A stretch of 49,657 nt of DNA, taken from Octopus sinensis. Taxonomy: Eukaryota. The translations under genes were made by a program, and so were the position numbers. Below the pieces are notes generated by a model. It ran no database searches. It saw only the letters and a program-made list of their open reading frames with translations, and had not been told where the DNA came from. Where the stretch lies: positions 1 through 49,657 of the forward strand of contig NW_021834212.1 of NCBI RefSeq assembly GCF_006345805.1. Reading direction: 5' to 3'. Below are positions 1 to 12,713 of the stretch, piece after piece; position 1 is the stretch's first letter, and every line of letters starts with the position of its first letter.

Positions 1-622
1 ACACACATACATATTCCTCTACCCACACATACTTCTTTCTCTCACACACACACACACACACACACACACATCATAATCCTCTACACACACATACTCTCTT
101 TCTCTCACACACACACACACACACACACATCATAATCCTCTACACACACATACTCTCTTTCTCTCACACACACACACACACACACACCATCATAATCCTC
201 TACACACACTACTCTCTTCTTCACAACACCACCACACACACACACATCATAATCTCTACAGACACATACTCTCTTCTCTCACACACACACACACATCATA
301 ATTCTCTACAGAACACATACTCTCTTTCTCTCACACAACACACACACACACACACACATCATAATCCTCTACACACATACTCTTTCTCTCTCACACACAC
401 CACACACACACATCATAATCTCTCACACACATACTCTCTTTCTCTCTCTCACACACACACCACCACACACACACACATCATAATCTCTACACACACATAC
501 TCTCTTTCTCTCTTCACACACACACACACACACCCATATCCTCTACACACACATACTCTCTTTCTCTCTCACACACACAACACACACACACATCATATTC
601 CTCTACCACACAATACTCTCTT

Positions 623-653
<31 letters not shown>

Positions 654-830
654 TAATATTCCTCTACACACACATACTCTCTTTCTCTCTCACACACACA
701 CACACATCATAATCCTCTACACCAACATACTCTCTTTCTCTCACACACACACACACACACACACACATCATAATCCTCTACACACACACACACACACACA
801 TCATAATCCTCTACACACACATACTCTCTT

Positions 831-861
<31 letters not shown>

Positions 862-862
862 T
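1..862. repeat. Compound minisatellite, ~55-62 bp unit (catcataatcctctacacacacatactctctttctctc + variable (AC)n), ~14 copies
   Basis: Unit recurs about once per 60 bp; length varies with the (AC)n tract. Confidence 0.9.
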
Positions 863-1081
863 CATAGTCCTCCCCACCACCCACCCCTAAGCGCACAACA
901 TGGCAGCTGATGTTACCAGATTCAATGCAAAGCAGAAGATAAAAACATTTTGATAAAAACAAGTGGAATAGAAGAATTCAGCTTAATCAGAATTGGATAA
1001 AAAATGCATGTTTACGTGATTACAGCGACATCTATTGGTTATTTCTGATGAAAGATGTCTGTCTGTGTGTGTTTTGGAATG

Positions 1082-1116
<35 letters not shown>

Positions 1117-1254
1117 ATGTACGTCTGTGTGTGTGTGTGTGTGTATCTACATATGCTTGTATGTGTATATGTGTGGAGGTGAAGGAAATGGCATATGTAT
1201 GTATGTATGTATATGTGTGTGTGTATGATTGTGTGTATGCATTTGTGTGTGCAT

Positions 1255-1975
1255 GTGTATGTATGTGTATATACGTGCATGTTTGTGTGTATGTATGTGT
1301 ATAAACGTGCATGTTTGTGTGTATGTATGTGTATAAATGTGCATGTTTGTGTGTATGTATGTGTATAAATGTGCATGTTTGTGTGTATGTATATGTATAT
1401 ACGTGCATGTTTGTGTGTATGTATGTGTATAAATGTGCATGTTTGTGTGTATGTATGTGTATATACGTGCATGTTGGTGTATGTATGTGTATAAATGTGC
1501 ATGTTTGTGTGTATGATATGTATATACGTGCATGTTTGTGTGTATGTAGTGTATAAATGGCATGTTGTGTGTATGTATGTGTATATCGTGCATGTTTGTG
1601 TGTATGTATGTGTATTAATGTGCATGTTTGTGTGTATGTATATATATACGTGCATGTTTGTGTGTATGTATGTGTATAAATGTGCATGTTTGTGTGTATG
1701 TATGTGTATATACGTGCATGTTTGTGTGTATGTATGTGTATATACGTGCATGTTTGTGTGTATGTATGTGTATATACGTGCATGTTTGTGTGTATGTATG
1801 TGTATATACGTGCATGTTTGTGTGTATGTATGTGTATATACGTGCATGTGTTTGTGTGTATGTATGTGTATATACGTGCATGTGTTTGTGTGTATGTATG
1901 TGTATATACGTGCATGTGTTTGTGTGTATGTATGTGTATATACGTGCATGGTTTGTGTGTATGTATGTGTATATA
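1255..1975. repeat. 32-bp minisatellite (acgtgcatgtttgtgtgtatgtatgtgtatat)n inside a TG/TA-rich low-complexity tract (~1060-2530)
   Basis: gtgcatg recurs at 32-bp spacing (e.g. 1682, 1714). Confidence 0.9.
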
Positions 1976-2584
1976 TATATATGTGTATATATGCTTATGC
2001 TTGTTGGAGGGAAATGGATATTGTCTATGTGTATGTATGTATATTTGTATGCGTGTATGTATGTAGGTATGGCTGTGTATATACATGTATGCTTGTATAT
2101 ATATATGTGTGTGTGTGTGTATCTGTATGTATGGTTTTATGTGCATAAGCATGTATGTGTGTGTATGGGTATATCTATGTGTGTATAGTATGTGCGTAAG
2201 CATGTATGTATGTGCATGTATGGGTATATATAGTTTGTATGTACATGTGTGTATGGGTATATCTATGTATGTATGTATAAGTGTATGTATGCATGTGTGT
2301 ATAGTTGTATGTACGTAAGCATGTATGTATGTGCGTGTATGGGTATATATAGTTTGTATGTTTGTATGTACATGTATGTATGGGGGCATGTATGTTTGTG
2401 TGTGTGTGTATGTCAGCATCTACATATGTATATGTGTACCTGTATGTATGTATATGTGTATGAGGATATAATTTCATGTATATACGTGTGTTTGTGTGTG
2501 TATGTATATATGCATGTGTGTGTGTGGGCAAGTGACTGAACCCATCATTCAGCTTACCTGGGGGCCAAACAACAACTATATATA

Positions 2585-3366
2585 CATCATCATCATCATC
2601 ACCTTCATCATAATCGTCAACATCATAATTGCCATCATCATTGACGTTGTCAGGATCATCATCATCATCATCATCATCACCGCCACCATATCATCTCATT
2701 ATCCATTATCATCATCATCTCATCACATCATCCCTCATCATCATCATCTTATCATCATCCCCCCCACCATCATCATCATCATTATCATCATCATCATCAT
2801 TATATCATCATCATCAACATCACCACCGTCATCATCATGGTCATCATCATCATCATCATCTCATCATCATCATCATCATCACCACCACCATCATCATCAT
2901 CATTGTCATCATCCTCATCATCATCATCATCATTATCATCATCATTATCAACATCACCATCATCATCATCACCACTATCATCATTATCATCATCATCATC
3001 ATCACCACCACCATCATCATCATCATTATCATCATCATCATCATCATTATCATCATCATTATCATTATCATTATCAACATCATCATCATCATCATCATTA
3101 TTATCATCATCATCATCAACATCACCACCGTCATCATCATTGTCATCATCATCATCATCATCATCATTATCATTATCAACATCATCATCATCATCATCAT
3201 TATTATCATCATCATTATCAACATCATCATCATCATCATCAACATCACCACCGTCATCATCATTGTCATCATCATCATCATCATCATCATCATTATCATC
3301 ATCATTATCAACATCATCATCATCATCATCAACATCACCATCATCATCATCACCACTATCATCATT

Positions 3367-3397
<31 letters not shown>

Positions 3398-3575
3398 ACA
3401 TCCTCAGCATCATAATCGTCAACATCATCATAGTTGTCATCATCATTGGCGTTCTCATCACCAATATCATAATCACCTTCATCATTAACATCATCACTAC
3501 CACCATCGTCATCATCATTATCATTATCATCATCATCATTGTTGTCACCCTGTGACCATCATCATCATCATCATG
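2585..3575. repeat. Degenerate (CAT)n microsatellite
   Basis: Direct reading; source of the poly-H/I/S/M ORFs. Confidence 0.95.
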
Positions 3576-3639
3576 ATTGTTATTATCCTTAAAATGTTGG
3601 CTACATTGAAAACTGTAGCCCCAAGATCACCAAGGAATG

Positions 3640-4640
3640 ATATCCATGACTAGAATGTCTTTGATACAAGATCTGGTTAATAAGGACTGACCAAGGGTTA
3701 AACAACAAGGAAGCACAGAGACACTAGATACATTATGTCTGAATAAAGGAATGATGGTCATGGCTGGAACAACTTTGATCATAGGTCTGCTAGGTCAGGA
3801 CTGACCTGGAGTTAAACGACATCAAAGATGGGCACATTAGGCAATGTAGTCCTTGATACATTATGTTTGAATAAATGACAGGAGGGTGTGCCACATCTGG
3901 AACCCTGTTGATCATGCACATTCTGGATAAGAGGTGAGTTGGAGCAGAAGAACAACGAAGGATACATTAGACAATGTAGTCCTAGATATGCTATGCCTGA
4001 ATAAAAGACAGGATGGTCACAGCTGGAACGTCTTCGATTATAGGTCTGCTGGAACAGGACTGACCTGGAGCTAAACAGCAAGGATGGACACATTAGATCA
4101 TGTAGTCTTAGGTACACTCTCCAAACTGAAATAAAAGACAGGATGGTCACAGCTGGAACATCTTTGTTCATTGATTTAGTGGGTCAGGATTGACCTGGGG
4201 CTAAACAACTATAAGGAAAGACACATTAGATAATGTAGTCCTAGATACACTATGCCTGAATCAAAAACAGGATGGCCACAGCTGGAACATCTTTGATCAT
4301 TGACCTAGTGGATCAGGCCTGACCTGGGGCTAAACAACTATAAGGAAAGACACATTAGATAATGTAGTCCTAGATACACTATGCCTGAATCAAAAACAGG
4401 ATGGCCACAGCTGGAACATCTTTGATCATTGACCTAGTGGATCAGGCCTGACCTGGGGCTAAACAACTATAAGGAAAGACACATTAAATAGTGTAGTCCT
4501 AGATACACTATGCCTGAATCAAAAACAAGGTGGCCACAGCTGGAATGTCTTTGATCATAGGTCTGCTGGATCGGGACTGACCTGGGGCTAAACAACATCA
4601 ACAAGGAAGGACACATTAGATAGTGTAGTCCTAGATACAC
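3640..4640 (+). repeat. ~129-bp tandem repeat, ~8 diverged copies; same family inverted at 43300-43870
   Basis: acacatta(g/a) unit starts at 4221, 4350, 4479, 4611; core gtagtcctagatacactatgcctgaat...gacctggggctaaacaac. Confidence 0.85.
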
Positions 4641-4644
4641 CTTA

Positions 4645-4813
4645 TATACACGACGGGCTTCTTTCAGTTTCCGTCTACCAAATCCACTCACAAGACTTTG
4701 GTTGGCCCAAGGCTATAGTAGAAGACACTTGCCCAAGGTACCACGCAGTGGGACTGGACCCGGAACCATGTTGTTGGTAAGCAAGCTTCTTACCACACAG
4801 CCACACCTGCGCC

Positions 4814-4815
<2 letters not shown>
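4645..4815 (-). mobile_element. tRNA-derived SINE family A (octopus OK/OR-like), 5' half
   Basis: Minus strand reads ggcgcaggtgtggctgtgtggtaag...ggttccgggtccagtccc...ccttgggcaagtgtc (A/B-box-like head, CORE-like motif). Confidence 0.85.
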
Positions 4816-4849
<34 letters not shown>

Positions 4850-4962
4850 TGTATGTATATATGCATGTATATATAATTAGAGGAAAGAGGACAACAAAAA
4901 CCAAGGGAGGACAAGTATCTCAAGTCATTTAGAATATTCAATTAGGATAAAGTGAATTCAAA

Positions 4963-5040
4963 GTCTTACAGCTGTTTCTGGGATATCCCAAGTGATAGGC
5001 TAGCATGTCTGTACACTGGGTATTCGGGGTCATCAGAGAC
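4963..5040 (-). ncRNA. Type I hammerhead-like motif in a putative Penelope-like pLTR remnant (~4875-5135)
   Basis: Minus: GTCT-CTGATGA-[stem II, degenerate at base]-GAAAC-AGCT-GTA/AGAC; stem I GTCT/AGAC; palindromic stem III. Confidence 0.6.
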
Positions 5041-5516
5041 AAGGTGAGTAGGTTTGAAAGTTTCAGACAGGGAATTCACAGTTTATTAAGAATAAAGAGT
5101 AAAACAGTAGATAGAAGAATACAGACAGGAGAATAAAGTATGTATGTATATATATATGCATGCATGTGTGTGTGTGTGTATGTGTATATTTATTAACATA
5201 TACCTTTATGCATATATATATATATATATATACATGTGTGCTCCAGCATGAGTGTACCAACATGGGTGAAACAAGTAAAAGAGTATACATGCATATGTAT
5301 GTACATACACACAAAAAGTATGTGTGCGTATGCCTGTGCCCCTATATATACATACATATATTCACATACAGACACACACACACACATATATATATATACA
5401 CACACACAATATATATATATATACACACACAAGCATACTCTCCACAGACATTCACGCAACCTTATGTACACACTCATTACACATCATATCTATATATATA
5501 GATGCCTGTGTGTGTT

Positions 5517-5576
<60 letters not shown>

Positions 5577-5579
<3 letters not shown>

Positions 5580-5923
5580 TCTCTTTTACTACTTTTACTT
5601 GTTCAGTCATTTGACTGCGGCCATGCTGGAGCACCACCTTTTAGTACTTATTCTATCGGTCTCTTTTTTGCCGAACCGCTAAGTGACGGGGACATAAACA
5701 CACCAGCATCGGCTGTCAAGCAATGCTAGGGGGACAAACACAGACACACAAACACACATATACATATATACGACAGCTTCTTTCAGTTTCCGTCTACCAA
5801 ATCCCTCACCAAGGCATTGGTCGGCCCGGGGCTATAGCAGAAGACACTTGCCCAAGATGCCACGCAGTGGGACTGAACCCGCAACCGTGTGGTTGGTTAG
5901 CAAGCTACTTACCACACAGCCAC
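5577..5923 (-). mobile_element. SINE family A, near full length (internal deletion)
   Basis: Head and tail (gtgctccagcatggccgcagtcaaatgactgaa) match the other copies. Confidence 0.9.
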
Positions 5924-5980
5924 TATATATATATATATATAATATATATATATATATGTTGTGTGTGTGGTGTGTGTGGT

Positions 5981-6015
<35 letters not shown>

Positions 6016-6454
6016 GTATACATTCATACACACACACACACACACATAACAGGAATATATGAAAGAAATAAACAAACAACAAAAGAGAAAAAAAAAAAGA
6101 GGAAAGAAAGGAAAAAGGAGAGAATGATCAAAAGCTGCAACAAAATGCACACAATGCATTATTGGTGCAATTATAAAAGAACGGGAGAATATCTGTCAAA
6201 TGCATATGCCCATATCTTGAAGCATGTGAATGGATCTTGGTGAAAAGAAGAAGAGAAAGATGAACAAAAAGCCGTCAGTTTTAATGGGTGTGAGCAGCAA
6301 TTTAGACAGCTTTGATAGGTGGCTGTTCCATTAACGTTTCTTACAAGTCTCTTTGCTGATTTTTCTTCACCAGAAGTAAATTAAAAGGTCTTGGCCCTGT
6401 TGGATGGTCGCTTGTTGTGTTTGATTTTGTTGCTGTTTAACCCTAGGTCAATGC

Positions 6455-6546
6455 TAAATAATGATAATGATAATGATAATGATAATGATGATAATAAAAA
6501 TAATAATAATAATAATGATGATAATAATAATGATAATAATATAATG

Positions 6547-6583
<37 letters not shown>

Positions 6584-6640
6584 TAATAATAATAATAATA
6601 ATATTAATAATGATGATGATGATAATAATAATAATAATGA
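6455..6640. repeat. (AAT/GAT)n microsatellite
   Basis: Direct reading. Confidence 0.95.
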
Positions 6641-6644
6641 CTAT

Positions 6645-6937
6645 GGGATTGCACCTAGAAAGTTACCCTCCAAGGCACAAGTCTGGGCAAGGTGGTTTGT
6701 GGAAGGCCAGCAGTCGCCCATGCATACCAGCCTTCCCTCTCCATGCCACCAGTGTTATCCAAGGGAAAAGCAAAGGGGCCCGAAACAGCTTGGCACCTGT
6801 GACGTCGCAACTCATTTCTACAGCTGAGTGAACTGGAGCAACGTGAAATAAAGTGTCTTGCTCAAGAGCTCAACACACAGTCTGGTCTGGGAATCAAACT
6901 TCCAATCTCACGATCGTTAGCTCAGTGCTCCAACCAC

Positions 6938-6938
<1 letters not shown>
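6645..6938 (-). mobile_element. tRNA-derived SINE, separate family with a cttgagcaagacactt core
   Basis: Minus: agtggttggagcactg...gtttgattcccag head, then ctcttgagcaagacactttatttcacgttgctccagttcactcagctg. Confidence 0.65.
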
Positions 6939-6973
<35 letters not shown>

Positions 6974-7044
6974 CTTGCTGTCTCTTGGAGTCAACTTATA
7001 CTAATATAAAGCAAAAGCCAAACATATAATAATAATTATAATAA

Positions 7045-7257
7045 TCCTTTCTATTGGAGGCACAGGCCTCAAATTTGTGGGGTGGGGACTAGTCGATTAT
7101 ATTGACCTCAGTGTTTCACTGTTCCTTAATTTATCGACCCTGGAAGGATGAAAGGCAAAGCCAACCTCGGTGGAATTTGAACTCAGAACATAGCAACGGG
7201 CAAATACTGCTAAGCATTTCATCCAGCATGCTAATGATTCTGCCAGTTCACTACCTT
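7045..7257 (-). mobile_element. SINE family B (MetaSINE-like core), diverged
   Basis: Minus core gcctttcatccttcc-gggtcgataaatt; homologous to 24025-24255. Confidence 0.75.
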
Positions 7258-7294
7258 AATAATAATAATAATAATAGTAATGATAATAATGATA

Positions 7295-7325
<31 letters not shown>

Positions 7326-7365
7326 TATTATTAATAATAATAATATAATAATAATAATAATAATA

Positions 7366-7439
<74 letters not shown>

Positions 7440-7529
7440 TATAATAATTAATAATAATAATAATAATTAATAATAATAATAATAATAATAAATATAATAA
7501 TAATAATAAATAATAATAATAATAATAAT

Positions 7530-7595
<66 letters not shown>

Positions 7596-7690
7596 TAATA
7601 ATAATAATAATGATAATAATAATAATAATAATAATAATAATTAATAATAATAATTAATAATAATAATAATTAATAATAATAATAATAATA

Positions 7691-7722
<32 letters not shown>
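7258..7722. repeat. (AAT)n microsatellite
   Basis: Direct reading. Confidence 0.95.
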
Positions 7723-7723
<1 letters not shown>

Positions 7724-8243
7724 CCGAAAGGATGAAAGGCAAAGTAGACATCAGCAGATATATATCTCAATATATGTGTGTATGTGTATATATATATATA
7801 TATCATCTCATCATCATCATCATCATCGTTTAACATCCGTTTTCCGTGCTAGCATGGGTTGGACGGACACGGGTATATATATAAAATGAGAAAAAAAACC
7901 ACCTTTTATCAATTCAAAATGAGCAATTAAATTACACCATCTAGAAAATTACATCTAATAGAAATATATATATATATATTATATTGTGTGAAATTTGATT
8001 TAGTATTTCTAAATTGAATTTTTTCCTTGTAAGTTTTGGATTTTATTCCCTCAAATAATGATTATTAAAAACAAATGTATATAAATATATATATATATAT
8101 ATATATAAAGACACACACATGCACACTCATAAATAAATAATAAATACTATATATATATACAGATAGATATCTCATATGTGTGCACACACACATATATATA
8201 CATACACACACACACATATATATAAATAAGACATTTTAAATAT

Positions 8244-11200
8244 ATCATCATCATCATCATCATCATCATCATTTAACGTCCGCTTTCCATGCTAGCATGG
8301 GTTGGACGGTTCAACTGGTGTCTGGGGAGCCCGAAGGCTGCACCAGGCCAGTCAGATCTGGCAGTGTTTCTACAGCTGGATGCCCTTCCTAACGCCAACC
8401 ACTCCGAGAGTGTAGTGGGTGATTTTATGTGCCACCGACACAGGTGCCAGACGAGGCTGGCAGACGGCCACGCTCGGATGGTGTTTTTATGTGCCACCGA
8501 CACAGGTGCCAGACAAGGCTGGCAGACGACCACGCTCGGATGGTGTTTTTATGTGCCACCGACACAGGTGCCAGACAAGGCTGGCAGACGACCACGCTCG
8601 GATGGTGTTTTTTATGTGCCACCGACACAGGTGCCAGACGAGGCTGGCGAACGGCCATGCTCGGATGGTTTTTTTTATGTGCCACCGACACAGGTGCCAG
8701 ACGAGGCTGGCAGACGGCCACGCTCGGATGGTGTTTTTTATGTGCCACCGACACAGGTGCCAGACGAGGCTGGCGAACGGCCATGCTCGAATGGTGTTTT
8801 TATGTGCCACCGACACAGGTGCCAGACAAGGCTGGCAGACGACCACGCTCGGATGGTGTTTTTATGTGCCACCGACACAGGTGCCAGACGAGGCTGGCGA
8901 ACGGCCACGCTCGGATGGTGTTTTTTTATGTGCCACCGACACAGGTGCCAGACGAGGCTAGCGAACGGCCACGCTGGGATGGTGTTTTTATGTGCCACCG
9001 ACACAGGTGCCAGACAAGGCTGGCAGACGACCACGCTCGGATGGTGTTTTTATGTGCCACCGACACAGGTGCCAGACGAGGGTGGCGAACGGCCACGCTC
9101 GGATGGTGTTTTTTTATGTGCCACCGATACAGGTGCCAGACGAGGCTGGCGAACGGCCACGCTCGGATGGTGTTTTTATGTGCCACCGACACAGGTGCCA
9201 GACAAGGCTGGCAGACGACCACGCTCGGATGGTGTTTTTATGTGCCACCGACACAGGTGCCAGACGAGGCTGGCGAACGGCCATGCTCGGATGGTGTTTT
9301 TATGTGCCACCGACACAGGTGCCAGACAAGGCTGGCAGACGACCACGCTCGGATGGTGTTTTTATGTGCCACCGACACAGGTGCCAGATGAGGCTGGCGA
9401 ACGGCCACGCTCGGATGGTGTTTTTATGTGCCACCGACACAGGTGCCAGACAAGGCTAGCAGACGACCACGCTCGGATGGTGTTTTTATGTGCCACCGAC
9501 ACAGGTGCCAGACAAGGCTGGCGAACGGCCATGCTCGGATGGTGTTTTTATGTGCCACCGACACAGGTGCCAGACAAGGCTGGCAGACGACCACGCTCGG
9601 ATGGTGTTTTTATGTGCCACCGACACAGGTGCCAGACAAGGCTGGCAGACGACCACGCTCGGATGGTGTTTTTATGTGCCACCGACACAGGTGCCAGACG
9701 AGGCTGGCGAACGGCCATGCTCGGATGGTGTTTTTTTATGTGCCACCAATACAGGTGCCAGACGAGGCTGGCGAACGGCCACGCTCGGATGGTGTTTTTA
9801 TGTGCCACCGACACAGGTGCCAGACAAGGCTGGCAGACGACCACGCTCGGATGGTGTTTTTATGTGCCACCGACACAGGTGCCAGACAAGGCTGGCAGAC
9901 GACCACGCTCGGATGGTGTTTTTATGTGCCACCGACACAGGTGCCAGACGAGGGTGGCGAACGGCCACGCTCGGATGGTGTTTTTATGTGCCACCGACAC
10001 AGGTGCCAGACAAGGCTGGCAGACGACCACGCTCGGATGGTGTTTTTATGTGCCACCGACACAGGTGCCAGACGAGGCTGGCGAACGGCCATGCTCGGAT
10101 GGTGGTTTTTTGTGCCACCGACACAGGTGCCAGACAAGGCTAGCAGACGACCACGCTCGGATGGTGTTTTTTTTTATGTCCCACCGACACAGGAGCCAGA
10201 TTAGGCTGGCGATCGGCCACGATTGGATGGTGATTGTTACGTGCCCACAGCATGGAGGCCAGTCGGGCGGTTACTGGCTACGCCCACGTTCGGATGGTAT
10301 TCTTGTGTGCCACCGGCACTGGTACCACAAAGATACAAAATCCATTGATGTTCATCTATTTTGATTTTCACTTGCCTCAACAGTTCACTTGCCTCAACAG
10401 GTTTTCACAAGTGTCACAAGAAGGAAGGTATGCACAGGTGGACTGACTACGTCCTAGGTAGGGGCCACGGGTTATGGCCTGACTAGTCTTGCCGGGTCTT
10501 CTCACGCACAGCATACTTCCATAGGTCTCGTCTCTAGTTCATTTCCTTGGTGAGACCTAAAGTTCGTAGGTCGTGCTTCACCACTTCGTCCCAGTTTTCC
10601 TGGGTCTACCTCTTCCACAGGTTCCCTCATTGGCTAGGGTGTAGCACTTTTGCACACAACTATCTTCAGCCATTCTCGTCATATGACCATACCAGCGCAG
10701 CCGTCTTTCTTGCACACCACAACTGACGCTTCTTAGGTTCAACTTTTCTCTCAAGGTACTTACACTCTGACGATTATGAACACTGACATTACACATCCAT
10801 CGGAGCATACTGGCTTCATTTCTTGCGAGCTTACGCATATCCTCAGCAGTCACGGCCCATGTTTCACTACCATGTAGCATGGCTGTACGTACACATGCAT
10901 CATAAAGTCTGCCTTTTACTCTGAGCGAGAGGCCTTTTGTCACCAGCAGGGGTAAGAGCTCTCTAAACTTTGCCCAGGCTATTCTTACTCTAGCAGTCAC
11001 ACTTTCAGCACACCCACCCCCGCTACTAACTTGGTCTCCAAGGTAGCGGAAGCTATCAACTACTTCTAGTTTGTCTCCCTGGAACGCGGTAGAAGTTGGT
11101 CTCTGCACATTTCCAGGTTTATTTCTCCTGAGCATCTGCCACATACGAAAACTATCTTCCCAGTTAGCCTTCCTTTGACATTGCTGCACCTCTTATGTTC

Positions 11201-11550
11201 CATAGCTTACACTTGGTGCACCTTATAGAGTTTCTACCTACACCTTTTCTACAGATCGAGCAGGGCCATCTACCTGAAGTCGTTTGTGGTTGGTCCACCT
11301 TCCTACTTATTAGGACTTTGGTTTTGGCTAGGTTGATTCTAAGGCCCTTCGATTCTAATCCTTGTTTCCACACCTGAAACTTCTCCAGTTCTGATAGTGA
11401 CTCAGCAATTAGAGCAAGGTCATCAGCATATAGGAGCTCCCAGGGGCATCCTGTCTTAAATTCTTCCGTTATTGCCTGGAGGACTATGATAAATAGGAGG
11501 GGGCTGAGGACTGAACCTTGGTGGACCCCAACCTCTACCCGGAATTCTTC
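8244..11550 (-). mobile_element. 5'-truncated RTE-clade LINE: frameshifted RT C-terminal half, long 3' region with VNTR, (ATG)n tail
   Basis: Minus translation GVHQGSVLSPLLF...LLYADDLAL...FRYLG...LHGSETW...RRLRWYGH...GRGRPRKTW; (CAT)n on + strand at 8244-8272. Confidence 0.93.
8420..10330. repeat. 62-64 bp GC-rich VNTR inside the LINE 3' region, ~29 conserved + 2 degenerate units
   Basis: tttatgtgccaccgacacaggtgccagac(a/g)aggctggc...gctcggatggtg repeated; two largely alternating variants. Confidence 0.95.
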
Positions 11551-11585
<35 letters not shown>

Positions 11586-11664
11586 CATAAATAATAAATA
11601 CTATATATACACAGATACACATATATATATACATACACATATATAAATAAGAAATTATATATAT

Positions 11665-11710
<46 letters not shown>

Positions 11711-12205
11711 CATACATATACCCCATCCTTTATGCTTTCACTGGTATTTGATTGAACATGCTGCTGGAGTATCGTCTTGATGGGATTCTAATCAATCACA
11801 TCGACCCAAATAGTTCTCTCCTTATAGGTCTTATTTTATGGATATTTATTGATTGAATATAGATTTGCACTCATAGACAGACACAGATACATACATACAT
11901 GTGTGTATGTGTATGTCTAAGCACTTGTGTCTGTATAATAACTGGTGAAACTTTCAAAGTCACTATCAACCAATGGTAAAATAGATTTGGTATGCTAATA
12001 GGTGACCCTCAAATTAATGCTTGATTATTTTTATGTATAACGCTACACAAAAACAAACAATATTTGTAAATGTGTGTCAGTGTACATAATTATATATATA
12101 TATATATGTATATATATAAAGCCAAACATGAAAACACAAAGAGAAAACACAACGTGAGGACGTGGAACAAGTATAGTATTATTGGACGCTCAGGAAAGAA
12201 GGAGG

Positions 12206-12240
12206 GTTTTACGTTTTGAGCGGAGTTCTTCGTCAGAAGC
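12206..12240 (-). ncRNA. Decayed minimal hammerhead motif in putative PLE pLTR (~12116-12322)
   Basis: Minus: gctt-CTGACGA-a-gaac tcc gctc-AAAACGTA/aaac; GAAA mutated to AAAA. Confidence 0.45.
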
Positions 12241-12319
12241 ATAGGAAAAGGAAAGATCCAAAGAAAGGAAGACGGTGGAAAAAAAATCGCCAACGGTACA
12301 CACGCGGTCACATTTTGAA

Positions 12320-12359
<40 letters not shown>

Positions 12360-12550
12360 TCGTTTGTGTGTGTGTATAAATATGTAGACATATATATGTA
12401 TGCATATATATGTGTGTATACATATAAAAATTAGTGTACATTTAAACAGGTCGCCTTACATACTAGAAGGAACAGTAAAAAAATCCCAAACCACAGTTAA
12501 GAGCAATTTCAAAGGGAATGAAAAATATAAACATTTACCATTTTTTACAG

Positions 12551-12618
12551 CCAGACATTAGGTTTCGAACTTTAATTAGTAAATAAAATGATTTGCAAGG
12601 TGAAGTTCTCATCAGTGG
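12551..12618 (-). ncRNA. Type I hammerhead ribozyme with intact core
   Basis: Minus: CCA-CTGATGA-GAACTT...AAGTTC-GAAAC-ctaat-GTC/TGG; 6-bp perfect stem II; GUC cleavage triplet. Confidence 0.75.
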
Positions 12619-12675
12619 ATACGCCAACACATTAACATATAAATTGGAGACAAAATAACACATGCCTCATCATTT

Positions 12676-12710
<35 letters not shown>

Positions 12711-12713
<3 letters not shown>

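Noticed and set aside
1-862. Unit-to-unit single-base indels as biological variation (also ~25200-25440)
   Set aside because: The pattern is equally consistent with uncorrected long-read errors
2558-2575. 18-nt minus-strand exon-like segment with a GTAAG donor
   Set aside because: It is a remnant of the 130-bp repeat family and has a poor acceptor
983-3555. Long ORFs rich in H/T/Y/I, C/V/M or poly-His/Ile/Ser/Met
   Set aside because: They are translations of TG/TA and CAT microsatellites, open in several frames on both strands; the same applies to the many YIYI ORFs elsewhere
8420-10330. CRISPR-like regular array (also considered for 20533-21780 and 24720-27100)
   Set aside because: No unique spacers, no cas genes, and a eukaryotic context
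8289-10364. 691-aa ORF
   Set aside because: It is the antisense read of a stop-poor 62-bp VNTR in a LINE 3' region, cycling through the three frames of one unit
8110-11655. Similar flanks at 8110-8235 and 11575-11655 as a giant TSD of the LINE
   Set aside because: The flanks are low-complexity, diverged and not flush with the element ends; an older local duplication is more likely
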